Both the position numbers and the translations under genes were made by a program. Shown here one piece after another: positions 1 through 11,000 of a stretch of DNA of 64,000 nt. Each line of letters starts with the position of its first letter. Position 1 is the first letter of the stretch. Source of the stretch: Nemertoderma westbladi (lineage: Eukaryota > Animalia > Xenacoelomorpha). The stretch covers positions 1-64,000 of the forward strand of contig JAUCBJ010007115.1 in the NCBI GenBank assembly GCA_032718475.1, written 5' to 3'. The notes under the pieces were generated by a model. It had not been told where the DNA came from and ran no database searches. It was given only the letters and a program-made list of their open reading frames with translations.

Positions 1-504
1 CACTACCTGAGTCAATTGCTGTTCTCTTTATGTGTGATCAAATATACTGACGGTCGGCAGAATAGTGTGCATGGTTGTGAGTGTGATGTGACTGGTAACA
101 AAGCATTTCCTAAAGAATGCGACTTATACTTTAATCATAAGCCTTATCGTTGCGTTTAGTATAAGTCCTAGCTCTGTTTAAATAGATAGAGCGCCACGTC
201 CTAAAGGAACTGTTAATATTTCCCGAAAGTTAATAATATCTGTCAGAAATTACATATTAGTGATCTATCGAATAATACAATAGGTTTACACTGCAACCTT
301 ACACTGCAATAATAAAATCTAAGCATCCGAATTCAGCCTCCCGGGTGTAGATCCATCGGGTGAATGATCGCGCATGGGCTGGCTTCGGCTAATGTTTTGT
401 TTATTAGCATAAAATATTGTCGTATGCTAAAGGTGTGTTAATTAACTAAAAGACATATAAATTTTGGCAGGTTAAACTGCTAAAGGTCTTCAAAAGCGCG
501 AACA
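1..504 (+). mobile_element. 3' part of a BEL/Pao-type LTR, diverged relative of the LTRs at 38411 and 51800
   Basis: Shares blocks with 39120-39606 (gagcgccacgtcctaaaggaactgttaatatttcccgaaagt; ttggcaggttaaactgctaaaggtc) and ends in the same ...aaagcgcgaaca terminus at 504. Confidence 0.85.
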
Positions 505-574
505 TGCCCCATTTGCTCTATATGAACCGTATGCCAAGGCTTGCCGACTACGTGCTGCGCGAAGTCCCCACGAA

Positions 575-1872
575 CGTGTAAAGTCCCATACTTTACCAAA
601 AAATAGCGAAATTTTTAATTTATACACAGAGAAGTAGTCTAACTAAGCCCAATCACCCAGTGGAATGCAAAGCACGTTTGTGTTACGTCATCTTAAGAAA
701 CAATTACCTGTAGTTTCATAATCTACTCCCTCAGAAACATCATAACGGCCAATTGAAAATTGTCCCATAATTTACCATTATAATGGCGATTACATTAGTG
801 CACTGTATTAATGTAATATATGAAACCTGGAGGGCAGGAGTGTTATAATGCTTTAGGGTGATAGTAGGGGGAAGCATAGAAGTATGTATTTGAACTAAGG
901 ATCATTCTTCAATTAACTTAATCTTTGAGTTTATGCATGTAAAGTCCCGTACTTTACAACAAATTTCAAAAAATTTAGTTTTTTAGCAGATAAGAAGATC
1001 GGTAAGTACAGTAATTGATACATTTTCAGAAAAATGGAAAGAAATTCTAAACTTTTTACAGACTACATACCAAGTTAGGTTATATTTCATCAATGATTGG
1101 CGGACTTATTTCGGTTTTTATCAAAATTTTGAAACTATCGGTACCAACAGACAGACTGTCTGATATGTGACCTTTGATTCCTTAAACTTCAGATTCTTTC
1201 CAAACTTTTGACAGACTTCATACGTACCAGGTTTGGTTTAATTTCATCTAAAAATGACCGAGATATACAGTATTAGCGATCAAAAATTAGACAGAGGGCA
1301 GACTAAGGGCACCCATATGCTAAGACTTCGGGTCAATTTGTGGGCCGCCCCACATTTTGTATCCATATCTTGGTTGGAAATACTTAGTTGCACTTTATTA
1401 TCACTAATTATCCAGAAATTACTGTTAGGTTAAGTGTAAGAGACCATTTTGACCATAAAATTCGTACAGGTCCCGTACTTTACTTAGCAATGTCCCATAC
1501 TTTACCACACAAACCACACTGTAAAAAATTAGCAATGCAGCAATTCGTCTTATATTTATATTTTTATTTAAGCTTAATAATACAGCTTTATCCTAAACAT
1601 CAACTCAACACCGTACCTGCGCACAATTCGCTAAATTTTAGAATTGAAATCATAAAATAAAAAATACAATTTCGTACGAATCCGTACTTTACCTTAATTG
1701 GACAAGCTGGCGTTTTCTCAAAAGTGACTAAGTCCCGCCATAAGCTTCGCGAAATCAAAGCTGATATTCGAAAGTTTAATCCAAGCGCAATTTTGTGCAC
1801 ATATGTGCTGTGGATAACATTGTACAGGCAATTAAAGTTCAAAATTGTGTACGAATGTCCCGTACTTTACTT
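575..1872. repeat. Dispersed copies (~7) of the motif GTCCCRTACTTTAC; probable subterminal region of a DNA transposon
   Basis: Motif seen near 583, 762, 944, 1470, 1492, 1681 and 1857, all in the same orientation; non-coding, AT-rich context. Confidence 0.5.
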
Positions 1873-1883
1873 TGGAATGAGCC

Positions 1884-3131
1884 AAAGGTCGTGGGACCAT
1901 GGAGCCCATTTTGGCACTTAGAAGGATAATTGAAGAATTATCAAGAAAGAAAGACAGGCATCTGGCTGTTATCTTTGTTGACTTCTTCAAGGCCTTTGAT
2001 TCAGTCTCTCGCTCACGTATGTTCAGCATACTTTCATTATATGGGATTCCTGATGAAATTATTGCAGCAATCAGATCAGTATACGATGGTTCGACAACAT
2101 TTGTGTCTACTGTTGACGGTGACACAGAACCATTTGAAGTGTTATGGGGCGTCCTCCAAGGAGACACACTTGCACCATTCTTGTTCATTATTGTGGTTGA
2201 CTATGTTCTACGCATGTCCTTAGATCATCATAATGATGATGGAGTGATGATAACTCCACCTACTGGCTCCATAAGTCGAGGAAATCCTGCCAAGTACCTA
2301 ACTGATCTAGACTTTGCTGATGACTTAGGAGTACTCTCAGAATCATTAGAGGGAGCCCAACGGCTCCTCAGCTCATTAGAACATGCTGCTTCTAAAGTTG
2401 GTCTTTTTATTAACTCCAGAAAGACCAAAATTCTGACAGTTAACTTTGAAAGTCCTCAGCAAGTCTCTGATCGGATGAGCATAAGCTCAAAGGATGGTAT
2501 GCTTGAGCATGTGGACGACTTCTGTTACCTGGGATCATGGATCCGGAAGTCAGGTGAGGACCTTCGAATACGTAAGGGAAAGGCATGGGCAGCCTTGAAT
2601 AGGCTTTCCAGGATTTGGAAGTCGCCGAGAATTAATCGGACACTTAAGGTCCGATTATTTAGAGCAGCAGTAGTTCCAGTACTCCTCTACGGGAGTCCAT
2701 GCTGGGCTCTAACTGCTGAGGACACCAAATCTCTGGATGGCACATTCACAAGAATGCTACGCCGGGTTCATTGTGTCAAGTACAATGCACACATCTCCAA
2801 CCAGACACTATATAACATTGGAGGTGTCTCATTGGTTCCCCCAAGCTTGACACTAGAACAAAATCGCCTCCGCTTTGCAGGACATTGCTTTCGCCGTGAG
2901 GACCAGCCAGTGCATAATCTTGTACTTTGGCAGCCTCATGGAGTGAATAAGCATGGTGGACAGCCCATGACTTTCTTGAGACGCATCTTGTAGGACACTG
3001 GCCTTAAAGATGCGGATGATCTAGCAAATGTCATGGGTGATAGGGAGTTGTGGCGGTGCAATTTTGTTGACAAGCCGGCACAGCATTCCTAAAAAATGCA
3101 GCTGCAATGCAGCATGCGGATCCTAGTAGTA
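1884..3131 (+). mobile_element. 5'-truncated RTE-clade LINE (RT C-terminal half, short 3' end with TAG repeats)
   Basis: ORF 1899-2993 has FVDFFKAFDS, GVLQGDTLAP, DFADD, FCYLGS and RLRFAGH motifs; premature TAG at 2991-2993, natural stop about 3090-3092; ends cctagtagta; near-identical to the minus-strand copy at 42035-43803. Confidence 0.92.
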
Positions 3132-3583
3132 TTATGGGTATATCTTACTTGTAAAAATTTATCTACATATATACGTATATATACATATACAAATGGCATT
3201 TAAGAACAAAATGGTACTCGTCCTCAATTTCGTGGGTGTTACACAGCTGGCACAACCATCACTTCGTGGTACCTTGTGCCAGCGGCCCTTCTCAATTTCT
3301 AAGCTATGAGAAGAACAACGTAGACAAACACAATACTCTGCAGATACTAGAGTGCCTACTTAGTGAATTTAAATACATTTCTGTACCGAAACGCGTCTTG
3401 TAATACAACAGGCCCTTGGGAGATCTGCCCAAAGCCTCCCACTACAACTGGACAAAATTATCTTTTAATATGTTCCCAACTTTAAACTAAACCCATGGAA
3501 GTTAGCTGTTCTGTTTCCTGGTTGTCCCAAAGCCAAACTTTGGCCAATGTTGTTCAGTAAGTCCCGGGCATTTAATAATAATA

Positions 3584-4330
3584 AAGCTATCCATTCACTA
3601 CGGTAAGACTGAAAGTATTTTATTTGGTTCCAAAAGAAAGTTAAAGAAGGTAACTAAGTTTGAAGTCACTAGTAATGGACATAAGATTGAAAATAAAAAG
3701 GAAGTTAAATATTTAGGCGCCACATTGAATAACTGCTAATCAGGAGAAAGCACAGTGAAAAATATTTTCTCGAAAGTTATCAGTAGGCATAGGTTTCTAT
3801 ACAGAAATAAAAATAGTTTAAACACCGACTCCCGCAAGCTATCCATTCACTACGGTAAGACTGAAAGTATTTTGTTTGGTTCCAAAAGAAAATTAAAGAA
3901 GGTAACTAAGTTTGAAGTCACTAGTAATGGACAATAAGATTGAAAATAAAAAGGAAGTTAAATATTTAGGCGCCACATTGGATAACTGCTTATCAGGAGA
4001 AAGCGCAGTGAAAAATATTTTCTCGAAAGTTAACAGTAGGCTTAGGTTTCTATACAGAAATAAAAATAGTTTAAACACCGACTCCCGCAAGTTACTTTGC
4101 TCTTCTTTAATACAGTGTCACATGGACTATGCATGCTCTTCTTGGTATGAAGGCTTAACCAAACAGCTTAAATGTAAATTACAAGTAGCTCAGAATAAAG
4201 TAGTACGATTTATTAAAGACTACAAACCTAGGCACCACCTAACTCCAGATGACTTTTCTGAATCTGGACTACTTAACTTAGATAGTAGAGTTAAAGCAGC
4301 TACGCCTTAACCATGTGCATAAAGTGTATA
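3584..4330 (+). pseudogene. CR1/L2-type LINE ORF2 C-terminal fragment, left part; its first ~252 bp are tandemly duplicated
   Basis: LSIHYGKTESILFGS, VKYLGATLD, HMDYACSSW, KLQVAQNK motifs; 3584-3835 repeated at 3836-4088; interrupted by a DNA transposon at ~4332. Confidence 0.85.
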
Positions 4331-7300
4331 AGGTCAAAGTCAAAATATATGTTACATTAGTGTCTCACAGCGAGTGAAATTTATCAAAGTCTGTAACTTT
4401 TGAATCAGTGAACCAAAGTTAATAATTTAAGTTCATTTTAATGCTCTTGATAAACACTACAAACTGGATGGTCCAGCATCTTCTACACATAACTAACTAT
4501 ACCTGTATTCATCCCCTTGGGGGTGCTCTTATGTAGACCTTAGCTGTAGACCGTGAGCGAAACTTTTTTACCATCTCATTCCACGCACTGTCACTATTGA
4601 TTGGAGCTGCGTGAGGTGTCAAGTACATGTTACTTCTTCTAAACATAATATTCGCCCAAATAAATAAAATGTCGGTGGTGTGTTGCATGGGTGAATGTTG
4701 TTTACCTAAAGCGACCATTTTATATAAACATTGTAGACCGTGAATCAAATTTAAATACCATATTTCTGAAAACAGCTGATCGTGAATATATTGGTTCATG
4801 GTTTGAATATGAACTGAGCACCATAGGTTTCATTTTTAATAACAATTGTATATAGCCAATGTATTGTATTGGCCCTGTATGACAAGGTATGTAATCATGA
4901 GGCAAACATTGTAGACCGTGAAACTGAATACCGTGAACACTTCTCAGAAGCAATGGTTCATGGTAGTCGTTTATCTGATTCATGGTCTACAAAATGTAGG
5001 CCCTATGTAGGCTAACTATGGAGAGGCAAATTGAAAGTGAAACTTTTGCATTCTACTTAACGTATTGTAGTAGTGAATTCTTACTTAATTGTACATTACA
5101 CAGTACGATACCGTGACCGTTTACCGTGTACAGTACCTTGTATTGTACCATGTCAGTTACTCTCGAAATTGTTTTGTTTATTTTCGCATAATAATGGCAC
5201 GTACAGTTAGCCAAGTTTCTAGGGATATAGATGCCAGAAGTAATGGTAAAAAATCGAAGAAGATAGAGAGACTGCAACAATCGCGAGTTAACAAAAATAA
5301 TAAAAAAAAGACTATCGTTGTTGGACTACCGTCAGTAATCAATGAGAGTGTTAACCAACAAAGTACATGTCGAAGTCGCAGAGTTGCTGAAAAGATTTCG
5401 TGCAATTCATCCGAAAAATCCGGTAAACCACTGAGTCGAGCAACTTGATATAGAAAGAGCCACAAAGAATATTATGAACGTGAAAAGGAACGGCGAAGGA
5501 TACGAGACAATAATAAATCAAAGGAGAAACGAGAAAGAATGAAAAATGATCCTGTGTTCGGTGACCAACAACGATTAATTAACAATATCAAACAATGAAA
5601 ATGGCGACAAAAGAAAAAATGTTATAAAAAAATGCCATCCACCTCAAAGGATGTTGATGAAGTTACCACACCTTCTTCCTCCCGACACCTGAAACAACAA
5701 GAGCGTCGTAAACGTGAACGAGATGTGAAAATAATGGAATTATTGAATGATAATTTTGAACTCAACAAAAAAATAGCACAGCTGGAGAAGGAGATAAACA
5801 TCGGCAAGAGACATGGAGGAGAGAATAAAGGTAGGAGAGGAGAGAAGAGGTGAGTTGGACGATGTTATAGAAGTTGACAATGAAAGGTCTGGGGATACAC
5901 CAGTGATTTTGGATGATAAATCTCCAAGCAAGGATGTTGTTCATACACTGAGTAATAGAATACTAAGAAAACTGCCTAAAACTGCGAAATTTAAGGACAT
6001 AGTATTGCGACGAGTATTAATGCGTACTGCTTCAGCAGCATTCGATATAGCTGATAATTCTAATAAAGAGAATATGGGGAATTACGGAGAATTATCCAAA
6101 AAATCCAAAAAGGAGCTTATAAAGATAAAAAGTAAACATAGAGAATCAGTGACAAAAAATAGCTTCAACGGTTGATTCCAACAGGCAATTTGTTTGGAGA
6201 ACCATTAACAACAAGGCGAAAGTTCAAGTTAAAGCTTCAGATAATTGGAAGGGCAAGGTTTTTGAATTCTTCAACTGGGATGAGATTTCTCATGTTTTAC
6301 CGTGCATAAAATCAAAGAGAGCGCTATTGATAACAATGGAGGAGTCTTTCTCGCAATTTAAATCTATGTATCCCAACTTAAAACTTGGATTCACTACATT
6401 CAAACAACTTAGACCAATCAATGTTCGACCGATTAAGCCACCGGATAGGAGAGTGTGTCAATGTACACAGTGTACAAACTTTAAATTCCGATTGGAAGCT
6501 CTTGTGTCTTGTGGTGGCTGCACGTCGTAAGCAAGGACTACGCAATTTTCCGACAAATGAGTACACAATAACAAAACGGTTAGCGTGCGAGGACAAGCTT
6601 AATTTCTTATTTCTCTCGCTTATTTCTCACGTAGCTTGCTGTGATAGCAAGGTAGATGAACTTTACAAAGATTTATTAGATGGAAATGTTGTTGTTAAAC
6701 AGTGGAAAAAAGTTAAAATTAGCAATACTGAGTAATGGATATTAGAAGAAGATAATTCAACAGTAATGAAAGTCATTGAGAATATTAAAGCTGCCTTTCA
6801 TCCAATCATTTGTCACCTATTTAGAGCAGACAACCAGTATTTGACGAGACGTTTATTAGCAGAGAGTCTAGTTCCAGGCGAAATATTGATGTGGGCAGAT
6901 TTTGCCAAAAATCTTACTATTGATGTGGATAATGAAATCCAGCAGGCCCACTGGGGGAAAAAACACGTGACTGTGCATCCTGTAAGAGTTTACCTATTTG
7001 GAAGTAGTGTGAACATTGTTTTTATATCGGATTATCTAACTCACGACCATGTCTTTGTGCGGTTTGCTACTCAGAAAGTAGAAGAATATCTATGGAATAT
7101 TAAAGGGGAACAAGTTAATACTATCTACCGGTTTTTCGATGGTTCTGGGGCACAATATAAGAGCCGGTTCGCATTCCATTCCTTGCGTGATCTTCCTCAA
7201 TTACTAGAAGTCAAACTTTCATTCAATTTCTTCGAACAGGTCATGGGAAGGGGGCTTCGGATGGAATCGGAAGTTTGGTCAAGCGGCAAACTCGTGATGC

Positions 7301-7360
7301 TTGTCTGAAGGGGGTTATCATGAATAACGCTGAAGATGTTTTCAACTACTGTAAGGACAG

Positions 7361-7631
7361 CGCCACCCAGTTGGGTAGCACCCACCATTCCCATTGAGGC
7401 TGTGCCATAGGTCAGGACCGACCCTTCACCTTACGGTTTTTTTACATACATCATAGCCTACCGGTTGTTGTGTCTGTGTCTTCCATATTACCGCAGTACC
7501 GCGTTTGTGCTGCATACCTATCTGTTATACTTCTGTTATACCATTATACTGTTATACAGTTATATGAGTTGTGATACATATACGTTTGCCTTTGTTGCTG
7601 TTCATACACCAGCTTCTCCTTTACCTTGGCG
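7361..7631 (+). repeat. 5' LTR (CGCCA...TGGCG)
   Basis: Exact direct repeat of 13492-13762 by inspection. Confidence 0.93.
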
Positions 7632-7645
7632 TGGTGGCAGCTTGT
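7632..7645 (+). promoter_or_regulatory. Primer binding site, tRNA-Leu-like (TGGTGGCAGC)
   Basis: Starts with TGG directly after the 5' LTR; complementary to a ...GCUGCCACCA tRNA 3' end. Confidence 0.75.
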
Positions 7646-8049
7646 GTTCGATCTCCACTGCCTTGATTACCTAATTTACTTATTCTGTTATTCCAGTATT
7701 TGTATTCTACAACTCTACCATTCTGCCATTACCGACACAGGTACTTCAAGCCACTAGGCCAATAGCAAATAGGCCTAGACGACGTTCCCAATCTGCTACA
7801 CTACCGGTACTTTCACCAGGGAGAATTAAATTCCTTACAACTGTACAACGGCACCGGTCAGCCAGTGTTCGTTTACTGCATACCGGTACAGCTTTACCTA
7901 ACTGACTGTCCCCAAAGTAATTGTACCCGAATGCCGAACTGTTAGTTTTACCAATCAAAATCAATCAATCTCAAAAGACGTTTTATTTATTCCAGTACTG
8001 CCTGTCAGCCTTCCCTGCCAATCTACAGTCCGTAGTCAGTCATCAGGTC

Positions 8050-11000
8050 ATGGATCGGCCACAGTTCAAGTCACCACGTTTAGTTGCTCTAACAAAAACA
8101 GAAACCATAACTACTTTTGAAAACTGGCGTCAGAGTTTACTGTTTAATATATCTCTTTCACCAGAGTTCAAACGCTTTACCCTCCCGGGCACAGTTTGGT
8201 TGCCAGCCACAGACCCTGATCCACATCGCGGTTTTACAAATGATGGCAACGATGTTCCTGCTGCTACCCGACAGTCTGCTGCGGCGATTGCCCACAGTTT
8301 GGAAATCATGCTGGGTTTTATCTCTAACCTTGCTCCCATAGTTGCTCGTGAGTCAATCATAAGAGATTCTACATCCTTACAGTCCATATGGCAAACAATT
8401 CGCTTACATTATGGTTTTCAGCAAACAGGAGCTCAGTTTTTAGCATTCCTAGATCATAAGCTTGAGTTAGACGAACGCCCGGAGGACCTTTATCAACGCC
8501 TCCGTGCATTTATTGATGACAGTTTACTGTCCCCTGAAGTCGGCATACGCCATCATGGTATCGTTCCCACCCAGAAAGAATCTCTTGGTCCAGTAATGGA
8601 GAATACCATAGTTGTACTATGGCTTCACTTAGTCCATCCAGCACTACCACGATTAATTGCACAACGCTATGGCACTAACCTTCGTTTAGATACCATTGCT
8701 TCTATAAAACCAGAGATTTCAGCTGCCCTTCCATCCTTATTGGCGGAACTCAACTCTTCTGAGATCCATACAATGCGGTCAAATGTTTACCGTCCTTCCA
8801 ACCCCCGTCCCTCACGATTCCAGTCCCGGAATGGTCCACTTTCGGGTACCTCTGCGCGGTTCTCATACCCCCAGTTCCCCCGACCCACACCTGTCAACAC
8901 CCCTCGTACATTTGCTGGGCAACGGTCTCCCCCCGTCTGCCCCTTCTGTCAGCTTGCAGGTCGTCGCCATGACCACTTTCTCAGTAGTTGTAAATCATTA
9001 CCCGTGTCTGACCAACGTTTCCTATCTTCAGTTCGAAATGTTGACATTGTTGATGATTATGCAGATCCATATGCAGAATACAGTAGTATGCCTGAAGAAC
9101 AGTGCCAGGATCAGTATTTAGAGGATTGTAGCCCATCCATCAACCGTGTAGCTGTTTCTCATTCCCCTATAATACAGTTATATTATGGGACAACAATTGT
9201 TGATATTCTTATAGACAGTGGCGCTGAATCTGATTTAATTCTAGACACGTTTGCCCATAGCCTTGGTGTTAAGGTTAGGCCCAATCACGACCAAGTACCA
9301 GCCCAGGCAGATGGGTCCTCCCGCCTTCGTGTAGTAGGTGATACCATTTTTACATTGGAGCGAAACGGACTCCAGTTCCTGTTCCGTGGTTTAGTCGTGA
9401 GTAATTTGTCATCGCCAATCCTTGCAGGAATGCCATTTTTGATCTATAATGATATTAGCCTCCATCCGGCTACTCATAGTGTCAGTTTTAGCGATGGATC
9501 CACACTCAGCTACCGTCCAGAAACCAATAAGTACCATAATCCACCCCGAGTACGACAGGTCTCTACATCCTGTATCCTCAGAGCAGCCACTCAATCATCT
9601 GTTGTATGGCCTGGTGATCACCTCAAGGTTCTCGTCCCTCCAGTTGTAGGTTCACTCCCTGGCGTTTTGGTTGCTCCCCATACCAAATCATCACTTTCGC
9701 GACGCACCCCATCCAATTGGTTTGCACCAATGTCCCTACCAGTTGAAGACAACTATATATCTATTCCCAATCACTCTCCGGATCCTATCTTTATCCAGCG
9801 TAATTCTCATGTTGGTGTCGTAACCCCCGTCATGGAGTCTCCTCATGTGTCTCTCCTCCCAGGTCCAAGCGTTCCTCCAACCATACGATCAGTGAAGGTA
9901 CCCCTTATTGATATGATTGAATCCGTTAAAATTGACCCTGACAACATTATGTCTTATCGCGAACGGGCACATTTCCATGATGTTCTCAAGTCATATGCAT
10001 CCGTTTTCAATCCCCAGTATACTGGCTATAACGGCCAATCTGGCCCATTTGAGGCTGTTGTAAATATCGGTGCAACTCTGCCCCCCCAACGGAAAGGTCG
10101 TGTACCCCAGTACTCTCGTAATCGACTTGTGGAGCTTCAAGCAAGGTTTGATGAATTGGAACAGTTAGGTGTTTTTGCCACCCCAGAAAGTATTGGCGTT
10201 AATGTAGAGTACCTCAATCCCTCATTTCTTGTTTCAAAACCTAATGGTGGAACACGCCTCGTTACTGCTTTCACTGAAGTAGCAAAATTTTGTAAGCCTC
10301 AGCCTGCCCTTCTACCTGATGTAAATTCTACCCTTCGGGCTATCGGCCAGTTCAAGTATCTAATTAAGACAGACCTAACTAGCGCATTTTATCAAATACC
10401 TCTCCAGAAGTCCTCTATGCGTTATTGTGGTGTTGTCACACCGTTTCGAGGCGTCCGTGTTTATACACGTTGCGCCATGGGAATGCCTGGGTCTGAAACG
10501 GCTCTTGAAGAGCTTTTGACACGAGTCCTAGGAGATTTGCTCGTTTCTGGCTGCGTAATTAAGCTGGCTGACGACCTATATTGTGGGGGTAACACAGTTG
10601 ATGAAGCTCATTCTGCCTTTAGCCAGCTCTTACAAGCCCTCAGTGCCAATGGCCTTTGCTTGGCTGCGTCCAAGACCATTATCTGTCCAAAGTCCACCAC
10701 CATTCTTGGCTGGGTATGGTCCCAAGGCACTATATCTGCTTCTTCACACATAACATCCGCTCTATCTAGTTGTGCTCGCCCCGACACCATGCGTTCCTTG
10801 CGTTCATTTATTGGTTCCTATAAGACCCTCACACGAGTTCTTCCCAGATGCTCTGCCTTGATTGGTCCACTTGATTCTCTTCTCACTTCATCACCCCATG
10901 AGCCAATACAGTGGAATGACGAGTCTACAGCTGTTTTCCATCGTGCACAGGCTGCTATACAATCTTGCCACACTGTCTCCCTCACCCAAACTACTGACGA

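Noticed and set aside
7921-8049. TTG start for the 1709-aa ORF
   Set aside because: In a eukaryotic element the first ATG at 8050 is the more plausible start.
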